NCBI GenBank assembly: GCA_947631295.1
Contig: CANRKU010000004.1
Coordinates: 1 to 62,851 of the forward strand
Direction: 5' to 3'
DNA from: an uncultured Bacilli bacterium
Lineage (GTDB): Bacteria; Bacillota_I; Bacilli_A; RF39; UBA660
DNA length: 62,851 nucleotides
The notes below the pieces were generated by a model that was not told the origin of the DNA, made no database searches, and was given only the letters and a program-made list of their open reading frames with translations. Shown here in pieces: positions 38,387 to 47,723 of this stretch (position 1 is its first letter; every line of letters starts with the position of its first letter). Made by a program: the position numbers and the translations under genes.

Positions 38387-39961
38387 ATGAAAAAGAAAGA
38401 ATGGATTTATTTAGGATTACTGTTACTATTATTTATATACTATTTTGTAATACCAATGAATATTTTTTGGGATACTGGTCATTACATGTCATATGTCTCT
38501 ATTTTAGAAGGAAATATGCCATGGAGTAGTTGGGATATTGTAAGAGGAATAATTTTTCCATTAATTCTTTACTTAAATAATTTGTTTTTTGGAAAAACAA
38601 CCCAAGGAGTTTTGATATTAAGCTTTATCTTTTATCTTTCTATGTTAATAATAGTAAAAACAGTTTTAGATAAGTTACTGGAAAAAGAAAGTAAAAAAGT
38701 AAAAAGAAATATTAATATTGGATTATTTACATTTATTATCCTTGATCCTATTATCTATGGATATTATCATGCACTATTAACAGAATTTATTGCTATGACC
38801 ATTTCTTTATTAATGTGTTATTTATCTTGGAAATGGATTTCTATAAAATTTGATACTAATAAGAAAAAATATATTATTTATAGTATTGCATTTATCATGA
38901 TGACAATTCTATCATGGCACTTAAAACAACCTTATGTTACGATATCCATTTTTCCAATCATTATTTCTGCTATCATATCCTGTATTTCGAATAGAAAAAT
39001 CAGTAATATTTTACCTAGAATGATAACTACCTTTTCTTGTATCATTGGACTAGTAATCAGTATAGTAGTATGGAATCAATTTTTAGTAAATAAAGGTATT
39101 GATCTAAATACGGATAGAAACGTTACAGCATCATTTGGTAATCAATTATTAACTGGTCTTAATAATTATGAAGTAATTGCTACTGTTAATTCAGAAAATA
39201 TAAATGATAATAAATATCTAACACAAGAAGAAAAAGAATTACTCAAGACAAATTCTAAAAAATACAATTTAATTAATATTAAAAATTTACATCACCAAGT
39301 AATAGATCAAGCTATAATACCATTAAATGATAAAAATAACATTTCTACTTTTAATTCAATTTTATTTATAGGAAATCAAATGTTTCAACATCCTTTGTTA
39401 GTCTTAGAATCTTATACTTCTAATTATTTGGCAATTGCTAATCTTTACCCCAAAAAAACAAATGATAGTGTAGCATATTGGATAGAAAAAGATTTGACAC
39501 TTGATTATTGTCATGAAAATTGTTCAATAGCAGTTAGTGTAGCTACCAAAAAATCAAATCTTTCTTATATGCCAGAGGAGTCATTAAATCGAGTCATCGA
39601 CTATGAACAATATAATAATTCACCAGTATTTTTAAGATATTTGTTAAAAGCAATTTCATGGATTACTACTAATTTGTACAAAGTATTGATTGTAATACTA
39701 CCTATTTTGGTAATCGTATCTACAATATCTTTGATAAAGCAAAAACAAAAACAATACTTAAAATTACTAGAGATGATTGTTATTTTATCAGGCTATAGTT
39801 TATTACATATTTTAGTCCATGTCGCAACCGGTGCATGTATTGATCGATATGCTGCACCCGCTTATATACCAATCATTCTATCATTATGTTTATATGGATA
39901 TTATGTGATAAAAATAAAAAATAAGAAAAGTAGTGGTAAATATGAAAGAACAGAAAAATAA
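38387..39961 (+). CDS. Polytopic membrane protein, candidate GT-C-type extracytoplasmic glycosyltransferase
   Basis: 524 aa with about 10-12 TM helices and a large loop at about residues 240-420. Lies immediately upstream of a GtrB-like GT2, a DUF2304 protein and a small 4-TM protein. Confidence 0.55.
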   Translation: MKKKEWIYLGLLLLLFIYYFVIPMNIFWDTGHYMSYVSILEGNMPWSSWDIVRGIIFPLILYLNNLFFGKTTQGVLILSFIFYLSMLIIVKTVLDKLLEKESKKVKRNINIGLFTFIILDPIIYGYYHALLTEFIAMTISLLMCYLSWKWISIKFDTNKKKYIIYSIAFIMMTILSWHLKQPYVTISIFPIIISAIISCISNRKISNILPRMITTFSCIIGLVISIVVWNQFLVNKGIDLNTDRNVTASFGNQLLTGLNNYEVIATVNSENINDNKYLTQEEKELLKTNSKKYNLINIKNLHHQVIDQAIIPLNDKNNISTFNSILFIGNQMFQHPLLVLESYTSNYLAIANLYPKKTNDSVAYWIEKDLTLDYCHENCSIAVSVATKKSNLSYMPEESLNRVIDYEQYNNSPVFLRYLLKAISWITTNLYKVLIVILPILVIVSTISLIKQKQKQYLKLLEMIVILSGYSLLHILVHVATGACIDRYAAPAYIPIILSLCLYGYYVIKIKNKKSSGKYERTEK

Positions 39962-40676
39962 GGATAAAGTATTGTTTGTAATACCAGCTTATAATGAACA
40001 AGACAATATTGAAAAAGTATTAAAAGAAATCAAAGAAAATGCACCTTTTGCTGATATATTGGTTATAAATGATTGTTCTACAGATAATACGAAGCAGGTT
40101 GTGGAACAAAACAATGTTACATGTATAACAGGAGTATTTAATTTAAAATATGCTATGGCAGTACAAACTGGGCTTAAATATGCAATGAAAAATGATTATG
40201 ATTATGTAATTCAATTTGATGCTGATGGCCAGCATATTGCAAAAGAAGCTATCAGATTATTAGAAGAGGCTCAAAAAGGAAATTACGATATTATCATAGG
40301 ATCAAGATATCTAGAAGATATGGGATATCCATGTCCATATTTTCGAAAAATTGGTACAAAAATATTTTCTTTTATCATAAAATGCCTCTGTAAACAAAAA
40401 ATAAAGGATCCATTGTCTGGTTTTCAATGTTTAAATAAAAAAGTAATTCAAAGATATGCAAAAATGGGCAATTATCCAGAATTTCCAGATGCTAATTTAA
40501 TAATAGAAATGCTACTATTAGGATATAAAATTAAAGAAGTACCAGTAAAAATGAGGATAAGAGAATCTGGAGAAAGTATGCATTCTGGAATTATTAAGCC
40601 GATAAAATATATGATTAATGTATTATATGAAATAGTCTTTATTGTGATTCAAAATCCAAGAAAGAAGGTTAAATGA
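39942..40676 (+). CDS. GT2 polyprenyl-phosphate sugar synthase-like glycosyltransferase (GtrB/DPM1-like, soluble form)
   Basis: VLFVIPAYNEQDNIEKVL...LVINDCSTDNT...QFDADGQH. Start set at ATG 39942 (MKEQKNK); overlaps the preceding gene. Confidence 0.8.
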   Translation: MKEQKNKDKVLFVIPAYNEQDNIEKVLKEIKENAPFADILVINDCSTDNTKQVVEQNNVTCITGVFNLKYAMAVQTGLKYAMKNDYDYVIQFDADGQHIAKEAIRLLEEAQKGNYDIIIGSRYLEDMGYPCPYFRKIGTKIFSFIIKCLCKQKIKDPLSGFQCLNKKVIQRYAKMGNYPEFPDANLIIEMLLLGYKIKEVPVKMRIRESGESMHSGIIKPIKYMINVLYEIVFIVIQNPRKKVK

Positions 40677-40677
40677 T

Positions 40678-41019
40678 ATGAAAAAAATTTATTTTATAAT
40701 ACTAGCTTTTTTATCCATTTTTTATGTAATATATGAAGTAAGAAAAAAGAAATTTTCAATTAAAGAAAGTTTTTGGTGGATTACTGCATGCATATTAATG
40801 TTAGTGCTAGCTATTTTTCCATATTCTATTGATAAATTAGCCCAATTTTTGAATATAGAATATCCTCCATCATTATTATTTGTAATATGTATTATCTTTT
40901 TATTATTTATAAATTTTAGAAATAGTAAACAAATATCAGGACATCAAGAAAAAATAATTGAACTAGCGCAACATATAGCATTGTTAGAAGAAGAACTTCA
41001 AGAGAAAGGAAAGAAGTAA
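40678..41019 (+). CDS. DUF2304-like small membrane protein
   Basis: 113 aa with three TM helices plus a C-terminal amphipathic/coiled segment (IELAQHIALLEEELQEK). Typical partner of GtrB-like GT2 genes. Confidence 0.6.
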   Translation: MKKIYFIILAFLSIFYVIYEVRKKKFSIKESFWWITACILMLVLAIFPYSIDKLAQFLNIEYPPSLLFVICIIFLLFINFRNSKQISGHQEKIIELAQHIALLEEELQEKGKK

Positions 41020-41020
41020 A

Positions 41021-41371
41021 ATGAAAATTATTTTAACAGTCATTTATATTTGCTTAACTACTTTAGGATTATTCTTGATGAAATTGGGTGGTAATTCAAT
41101 ATCTTTAACATTCCAAAATGGAATTAGTTTTAAAATTGGTTTTATCACATTATTAGGTTTCTTATCTTATATTTGTAGTTTCTTATTATGGCAAAAATTA
41201 CTAGTAACTTTTGATTTGAGTTATATCGTGCCAATTACAACAGGAATTGTCCAATTAATTATTTTATTATTAGGTATTTTATTTTTTAAAGAACAGATTA
41301 ATGTAATAGGAATACTAGGTGCTTTTTTAGTCATTATAGGACTTGTTTTATTAGTAATAGGAAAAAGATAA
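41021..41371 (+). CDS. Small four-TM SMR/EamA-like protein, candidate lipid-linked sugar flippase (ArnE/F-like)
   Basis: 116 aa with four TM helices and no soluble domain. Its position in the GtrB-like module suggests a flippase role. Confidence 0.5.
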   Translation: MKIILTVIYICLTTLGLFLMKLGGNSISLTFQNGISFKIGFITLLGFLSYICSFLLWQKLLVTFDLSYIVPITTGIVQLIILLLGILFFKEQINVIGILGAFLVIIGLVLLVIGKR

Positions 41372-42147
41372 TGAAGATATCGATTATAACAGTTTGTTAC
41401 AATTCAGAGAAGACAATTAAAGATACAATAGAGTCTGTATTAAACCAATCTTATCAAAACTATGAATATATTATTATTGATGGAAAAAGTAAAGATAATA
41501 CATTAGAAATTATTAAGAGATATGAGAAAAAGTTTAATGGAAAATTAAAGTGGATATCAGAAAAAGATAATGGATTATATGATGCAATGAACAAAGGAAT
41601 TAAAATCGCAACAGGTGATATTATTGGTATGATTAACTCTGATGATGTATTAGCAACACCAGATACTTTTCAAATAATTGTATCTTCTTTTCAACAAGAA
41701 GAATGTGATGGTACTTATTCTAATTTAGAAATCTTAGATAATAAATTAGAAAATAAAATAAGAGTTTTTCATCCTAAAAATGGAAATTATAAACTAGGAT
41801 GGTACCCACCACATCCAACATTATATTTAAAAAAAACAGTATATGATAAACATGGATTTTATAATCAAAAATATAAGATTGCAGCAGATTATGATATGAT
41901 GCTAAGAATTATGAAAGATAAAAAGTTAAGATTTCGTTATATTCCAAAAACTTTAGTATATATGAGAAGTGGTGGAGTTAGTACTAACGGATTAAAAGGA
42001 TATTATCGTAGTTTTCAAGAATCATATCAAGTATTAAAAAAGAATAAAATAAAATTTCCATTTATAGTTAATATAATTAGAAGCGTAAAAATTTTTTTGC
42101 AGATATTAAAATCGAAAATAAATAATTCAGAAAAGGAGAATTTTTAA
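41371..42147 (+). CDS. Family 2 glycosyltransferase
   Basis: ISIITVCYNSEKTIKDTIESVLNQSY...IIIDGKSKDNT...INSDD. Confidence 0.8.
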   Translation: MKISIITVCYNSEKTIKDTIESVLNQSYQNYEYIIIDGKSKDNTLEIIKRYEKKFNGKLKWISEKDNGLYDAMNKGIKIATGDIIGMINSDDVLATPDTFQIIVSSFQQEECDGTYSNLEILDNKLENKIRVFHPKNGNYKLGWYPPHPTLYLKKTVYDKHGFYNQKYKIAADYDMMLRIMKDKKLRFRYIPKTLVYMRSGGVSTNGLKGYYRSFQESYQVLKKNKIKFPFIVNIIRSVKIFLQILKSKINNSEKENF

Positions 42148-42225
42148 AAAAGTTCTTTTTTTTTAAGTCATTTCCAAAGTTTTTTAAATAATACTATTGA
42201 GACCAAAAAGATAGGGAGGAAAAAT

Positions 42226-44478
42226 ATGAATAAAAAACTAATGGTTTTCATTGTATTATTGTTATTGATAATTCCAAGTATAAAAACTTATGCATTGTCT
42301 GATAGTTTTTATGAGGCTGAATATATTCCAGGAGAATATATAAAAAAATTTAGAGGAGATTCTGGAAAATATGAGCAACTACGATTTTTCAGAAGAACGA
42401 GTGATAATCAGCCCGTATATTGTATTGAATTATGGGAAACATTATCTAGTTATAAAAACCTAACTGGTTATGATACAAATCAATATGATAAAGCAAATAT
42501 TAGCTATCATACATGGGAAAGAATTATGCTAATTGCCTACTATGGATATGGATACGAAAATCATACTGACAGTAAATGGTATGCCATTACACAATATATG
42601 ATTTGGAAAGAAACATCACCAGATACGAATCTTTACTTTACAGATACATTAAATGGCAAAAAAATTACTAAATATGAAGAAGAAATGAATGAAATCAATG
42701 AATTAATTCAAAAGTATTTAAAATTGCCATCTTTTAATAATGCAAATTATGAATTAAGATATAACGAAAGTATTACGATAGAAGATACAAATCATGTTTT
42801 AGAACAATTTGAAATTACCTATGATGGTGGTGCTGAACTAATAAAAGAAGGAGATTTTCTAACAATTAAAACAAAAGAAGTAGGAAAATCTAAACTCTAT
42901 TTTGCAAATGATGGTAAAAGATTTGAAACAGCACCTATCATATATGTAGATCCTACTGGACAAGATGTATTAGCAGCAGGTAAGCATTATCCTATTTATA
43001 TGATAGTAACATTAAATATGCCTACATCCAGTATCACTATAAATAAATGGGATAAAGATAATCAAAATAATATTCCACAAGGAGAAGCGAAACTTTCCGG
43101 AAGCAAATTTCAATTATTAGATATGGAAAACCAAGTAGTAGCAGAAAAAGAAATAGATAGAAATGGAATACTTACTTTTGAAAATATTGGATATGGAAAT
43201 TATAATTTAAAAGAAATATTTCCAGGTGAAGGATATGTACTAAACCATGAAATATTACCCATAAATGTTAATGAAAAAATTAAAAATATTACATTCTATA
43301 ATCAAGTAATTAAAAATAAAATTTCTTTTCAAAAATATTTAAAAAATCCTTTAACCGGTAAAATTAAACAAGAAGAAGGAGCAACTTTTTCTATCTATAA
43401 TAAAGATAATCAAAAGATAAAAACCTTTACTACGGATAATAATGGATATTATGAATTAGAATTGCCTTATGGTCATTATATAATAAGACAAGATAGTGGA
43501 ACTAAAAATCATTATCACATTGAAGAATTTGAATTTCAAATAACAGAAGATGGTCTCATTCAAAATTTTGACATGTATAATGAAGAATTAACAGCTAATA
43601 TAAAAGTAATAAATACTGATTTTGATTCTAATTTACCACTATTAGAAAGCGGAGCAACTTTCCGAATCAAAAATTTAGATACCAATCAATATATTTTAGA
43701 TCAAAATAATAATATACTTTTATTAGAAACCAATGATTTTGGAAATACTAGTGTATTAAAATTATCCAGTGGTAGATATCAAATAGAACAGATAGATGCT
43801 ATATACGGTTATTTAGTAAATGATCATGTTTTTGATTTTGAAATTAGTGATGATAGTGAATTTCTATTAGATAAGAATAATCAAAAATATGTAGAAATTA
43901 CAGTTCCTAATAGAAAACAAAAAAGTAGAATTGAAATAGAAAAATATATAGAATATTACTTAGATGATGAGCTACAAAAAAAAGAAAAAGATGACTCTAT
44001 TATAATTACTATTTATGCAAAAGAAGATATTTATTCAAAGGATGGTATTAAAATATATGAAAAAGATGAGGAAATAGAGAAAGTAAAATATAAAAATGGA
44101 AAAATGATGACATCGCCTTTAGTATTTGGAACATATTATCTACAAAATCCAATAAATAATAAACAGGTAGAATTGGTACTGGATTCTATTCAAAATAAAA
44201 AAGTAGAGCTTTTAGAACAAGTTTTTGAATATACTGAAAAAATACCTGAAACAGATCCAGAAGATAACAACCCAAAAGATAATACACAAGAACAAATACC
44301 AGAAGAAAAGAAAGATATAGAGGATATTCCTGATATAAAGGATGAAAATAGTATGGAAATAATTGTTCCTAATACTTTAAACGATGAAAAATTTTCTATA
44401 AATAAATTAGGAATATTAATGATCTTTCTTGGACTATTATTCTGGAAAAAGGAAAAAAAGTATGAAAAAAAGAACTAA
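42226..44478 (+). CDS. Cell-surface adhesin with N-terminal Cys-Gln thioester domain and about four CnaB/SpaA-type (prealbumin-like) repeats
   Basis: 750 aa with a signal peptide. Thioester motifs: YCIE (Cys codon 42421-42423) and TQYMIW (Gln codon 42592-42594). Repeats such as GSKFQLLD...NGILTFENIGYGNYNLKEIFPGEGY. C-terminal VPNTL, hydrophobic helix and KKEKKYEKKN tail. Confidence 0.8.
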   Translation: MNKKLMVFIVLLLLIIPSIKTYALSDSFYEAEYIPGEYIKKFRGDSGKYEQLRFFRRTSDNQPVYCIELWETLSSYKNLTGYDTNQYDKANISYHTWERIMLIAYYGYGYENHTDSKWYAITQYMIWKETSPDTNLYFTDTLNGKKITKYEEEMNEINELIQKYLKLPSFNNANYELRYNESITIEDTNHVLEQFEITYDGGAELIKEGDFLTIKTKEVGKSKLYFANDGKRFETAPIIYVDPTGQDVLAAGKHYPIYMIVTLNMPTSSITINKWDKDNQNNIPQGEAKLSGSKFQLLDMENQVVAEKEIDRNGILTFENIGYGNYNLKEIFPGEGYVLNHEILPINVNEKIKNITFYNQVIKNKISFQKYLKNPLTGKIKQEEGATFSIYNKDNQKIKTFTTDNNGYYELELPYGHYIIRQDSGTKNHYHIEEFEFQITEDGLIQNFDMYNEELTANIKVINTDFDSNLPLLESGATFRIKNLDTNQYILDQNNNILLLETNDFGNTSVLKLSSGRYQIEQIDAIYGYLVNDHVFDFEISDDSEFLLDKNNQKYVEITVPNRKQKSRIEIEKYIEYYLDDELQKKEKDDSIIITIYAKEDIYSKDGIKIYEKDEEIEKVKYKNGKMMTSPLVFGTYYLQNPINNKQVELVLDSIQNKKVELLEQVFEYTEKIPETDPEDNNPKDNTQEQIPEEKKDIEDIPDIKDENSMEIIVPNTLNDEKFSINKLGILMIFLGLLFWKKEKKYEKKN

Positions 44479-45034
44479 AGGATTGATTCTATTAATATTA
44501 GGAACCTTTTTATTTAGTTATCAACACATATCAGAAAGAAAAGAAATAATAACCGAGAAAAATAAAGTAGAATATACTATCCAGAAACAAGTAGGATACC
44601 TTAAAAAAGACAATATTGATATTTATGATGCTATCTTATCCATACCACAGATTAAACTCAAAAAGGGAATTTATAAGAAAGAGGATAAGCGAAATAATAT
44701 TGAGGAAAATGTCACCATTCACGAAAAATCAGATTATCCTGATCAAGAAAATTCGAATGTTATTTTAATGGCTCATTCTGGTAATAGTAAAAAATCTTTT
44801 TTCAAAGATTTGAATCAATTAAATAGTGATAGTCTAGTCGAGTTATATTATAATAATACAAAATATGTTTATAAAATAGAAAAGTATATTACTCAAGAAA
44901 AAAGTGGAATTTTATCTATTGATAAGAAATCAAATACAAAAACGATTACATTAATTACTTGTAGTCAAATAGATAAATCAAAACAACTTATCTATATTGG
45001 CAATATTATTGATGAAATCAAATATACATCATAA
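44462..45034 (+). CDS. Sortase-family transpeptidase-like protein (small, class uncertain)
   Basis: 190 aa from ATG 44462, overlapping the adhesin gene by 17 nt. N-terminal TM anchor, His motif VILMAHSG, Cys motif TITLITCS. No Arg codon downstream of the Cys. Confidence 0.7.
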   Translation: MKKRTKGLILLILGTFLFSYQHISERKEIITEKNKVEYTIQKQVGYLKKDNIDIYDAILSIPQIKLKKGIYKKEDKRNNIEENVTIHEKSDYPDQENSNVILMAHSGNSKKSFFKDLNQLNSDSLVELYYNNTKYVYKIEKYITQEKSGILSIDKKSNTKTITLITCSQIDKSKQLIYIGNIIDEIKYTS

Positions 45035-45105
45035 ATTTAAAAAGTCTTATTTAAACAGTCTATTTTTTCCTGACTAGTTCAATTTAAGGCTTTTTTTTAC
45101 TTTAC

Positions 45106-45134
45106 TTGAGTTTTTAACCATTATTGATTATAAT
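45106..45134 (+). promoter_or_regulatory. sigmaA-type promoter for the distal part of the glycan locus
   Basis: TTGAGT (45106-45111), 17-nt spacer, TATAAT (45129-45134). The ORF-track TTG start at 45124 falls inside it. Confidence 0.55.
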
Positions 45135-45150
45135 AATAATAGGTGATAAC

Positions 45151-46296
45151 ATGAAAAAAATAACGATTTTTTCTCTTCATCTAGGATATGGGGGAATAGA
45201 AAGATGTGTAGCTAATTTAGCAAACTTATTATGTAATGAATATCAAGTAGAAATTGTTTCTACCTATAAATTAGCAGATACACCAGCATTTGAAATTGAT
45301 GAAAAAGTAAAAGTTACTTACTTAATAGAAAAATATAAACCAAATCGTGAAGAATGGAAAAAAGCAGTAAAAAAAGTGAAGCCAATTAAATTTCTAAAAG
45401 AATCCTATAAGTCAATAGCTGTTTTATTTTTAAGAAGAAAAAAAACAGTAAAGGCAATGAAAGAATGTGATAGTGATATTCTAATTTCTACTAGAGTTCT
45501 TTTTAATCAATGGTTAGGAATGTATGGAAGAAAAAAAGCTTATAAAATAGGATGGGAACATAATCACCATCATCAAGATATGGAATATGTGAAAGGAGTC
45601 ATTCACTCTTGTAATAATTTAGATGCTCTAGTATTAGTGTCTGATTCCTTACGTAATTTTTATAAAAAGAAAATGAAAGAAAAAAAATTAAAATGCAGAT
45701 GCATATTTATTCCAAATATGCTAGAAGAAATACCAGATATTCCTTCTAAGTTAACAGAAAAAAGAATCATTTCAGTAGGAAGATTTTCAAAAGAAAAAGG
45801 TTATGTAGATTTAATTGAAATATTTAAAAAATTTCATGAAATTTGTCCAGATTGGCACTTGGATTTAGTAGGTGATGGACCTGAAAAAAATAAAATAGTA
45901 GATCATATTTATGAATATCAATTAACAGATTCAATTACCGTTCACGGATATTTAAAAAAGAAAGAAATTAATAAATTATTGAGTAAATCTTCTTTTTATA
46001 TCATGACATCTTATACAGAATCCTTTGGAATTGTATTAATTGAAGCAATGGCTTATGGTATTCCATGTCTATCTTTTACATCAGCAGAAGGAGCTAATGA
46101 TTTAATCAAAAATGATGAGAATGGATATTTAATTGAAAATAGGGACTTTGATGCAATGGTTGAAAAAATGCAAGACTTAGCAACCGATAAGAAAAAAAGA
46201 GTAAGATTAGGAAAAAATGCTAGAGAGTTTAGTTTAAATTATAGTAGTGATATCGTCAAAAAAGAATGGTTAGAATTATTAAAAAGAAAGGCTTAG
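45151..46296 (+). CDS. Family 4 (GT-B) glycosyltransferase
   Basis: N-terminal ITIFSLHLGYGGIERCV and C-terminal TESFGIVLIEAMAYGIPCLS (E-x7-E region). Confidence 0.85.
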   Translation: MKKITIFSLHLGYGGIERCVANLANLLCNEYQVEIVSTYKLADTPAFEIDEKVKVTYLIEKYKPNREEWKKAVKKVKPIKFLKESYKSIAVLFLRRKKTVKAMKECDSDILISTRVLFNQWLGMYGRKKAYKIGWEHNHHHQDMEYVKGVIHSCNNLDALVLVSDSLRNFYKKKMKEKKLKCRCIFIPNMLEEIPDIPSKLTEKRIISVGRFSKEKGYVDLIEIFKKFHEICPDWHLDLVGDGPEKNKIVDHIYEYQLTDSITVHGYLKKKEINKLLSKSSFYIMTSYTESFGIVLIEAMAYGIPCLSFTSAEGANDLIKNDENGYLIENRDFDAMVEKMQDLATDKKKRVRLGKNAREFSLNYSSDIVKKEWLELLKRKA

Positions 46297-46297
46297 T

Positions 46298-46768
46298 ATG
46301 AAAAAAGTATTATTTGTTGCTAGTACAGGTGGGCATTTATCAGAATTAATGATGTTAAATGACTTATTTAAAAAATATGATTATCATATTATTACGGAGA
46401 AAACGAAAACCACAATTGGACTAAAAGAAAAATATGGTAAAAGAATTGATTACTTAATTTATGGTACAAAAGACCATCCTTTTTCTTATCCTTTTAAATT
46501 ATTTGGAAATTGTATCAAAAGTATCTATTTCTATTTTAAAATAAAGCCAGAATTTATTGTTACGACAGGGGCACACACAGCAGGACCAATTTGTTGTTTA
46601 GGAAAAATTTTTGGTACTAGAATCATTTATATTGAAACGTTTGCCAATATGCACACCAAAACCATTACTGGAAGATTATTGTATAAATTTGCAGATCTAT
46701 TTATTGTACAGTGGAAAAGTATGTTAAAGTTATATCCGAAAGCTACTTATGGTGGATGGATTTATTAG
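46298..46768 (+). CDS. Alg14-like glycosyltransferase membrane/accessory subunit (Cps14F/PssD-like)
   Basis: 156 aa, VLFVASTGGHLSELMML and TGAHTAGP blocks typical of Alg14-like proteins. Confidence 0.75.
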   Translation: MKKVLFVASTGGHLSELMMLNDLFKKYDYHIITEKTKTTIGLKEKYGKRIDYLIYGTKDHPFSYPFKLFGNCIKSIYFYFKIKPEFIVTTGAHTAGPICCLGKIFGTRIIYIETFANMHTKTITGRLLYKFADLFIVQWKSMLKLYPKATYGGWIY

Positions 46769-46776
46769 GAGAGAAT

Positions 46777-47685
46777 ATGATATTAATTACATTAGGAACA
46801 CAAGATAAGAGTTTTGTAAGAATATTAAAAAAAGTAGAAGAACTAATTGATAAAAAAGTAATCAATGAAGAAGTAATTGTTCAAGCCGGGTATACAAAAT
46901 ATGAATCGAAAAAGATGAAAATATTTGATTATGTAGAAAAGAAAAAGCTGGAAGAGTATATCGAAAAAAGTAGTTTTATAATTACGCATGCTGGTGTTGG
47001 TACTATTTTTGATTGTTTAAAGAAAAATAAAAAGATTATTGCTGTACCAAGACTTTCTAAATATCATGAACATAATAATGATCACCAATTACAGATTGTA
47101 GAAGAATTTAGTAAAGAAAATTTTATCATACCTGTCTACGAAATGGATGAATTAGAGGATGCTATTCAAAAAATAAAGACTTTTCAACCAAACAAGTATC
47201 AAAGTAATAATCAAAATATGATCCACTTAGTTAGTAATTATATTGATCAAAATGAAAAAGAGAGTATCATGACAAATATCAAAAAATTCTTTACTACGTA
47301 TAGAGAAATTATCATGTACCTAATTTTTGGAGTTTTAACGACTATAGTCAGTTTAGTAGTTTATTATTTATTAGTGTATACGTTATTAAATCCTAATGAA
47401 CCAATTCAACTACAGATTGCCAATATTCTTTCCTGGATAGCAAGTGTTACTTTTGCCTATGTAACAAATCGTAGTTTTGTTTTCCAAAGTAAAAGTAAAA
47501 ATAGACTAAAAGAAGCAAGTAGTTTTTTCTTATCTAGGGGAATAACTTTAATTATGGATATGGTTATTATGTTTGTAGGAGTGACATTATTTCATGGAAA
47601 TGATAAAATATTAAAACTACTTTCTCAAGTAATAGTAATTATGTCTAATTATGTATTTTCTAAGTTATTTGTATTTAAAAAATAA
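46777..47685 (+). CDS. Alg13-like glycosyltransferase catalytic subunit (Glyco_tran_28_C) fused to a C-terminal GtrA-like four-TM domain
   Basis: Start at ATG 46777 (MILITLGTQ). N-terminal part has ITHAGVGTIFDCL...AVPR...NDHQLQIVEEF. The C-terminal 130 aa has the GtrA pattern: YLIFGVLTTIVS...ANILSWIASVTFAYVTNRSFVF...VIVIMSNYVFSKLFVF. Confidence 0.75.
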   Translation: MILITLGTQDKSFVRILKKVEELIDKKVINEEVIVQAGYTKYESKKMKIFDYVEKKKLEEYIEKSSFIITHAGVGTIFDCLKKNKKIIAVPRLSKYHEHNNDHQLQIVEEFSKENFIIPVYEMDELEDAIQKIKTFQPNKYQSNNQNMIHLVSNYIDQNEKESIMTNIKKFFTTYREIIMYLIFGVLTTIVSLVVYYLLVYTLLNPNEPIQLQIANILSWIASVTFAYVTNRSFVFQSKSKNRLKEASSFFLSRGITLIMDMVIMFVGVTLFHGNDKILKLLSQVIVIMSNYVFSKLFVFKK

Positions 47686-47723
47686 TTATCATATGTTAAA
47701 CTGTTGGTAAGAAGGTGTAGAAA

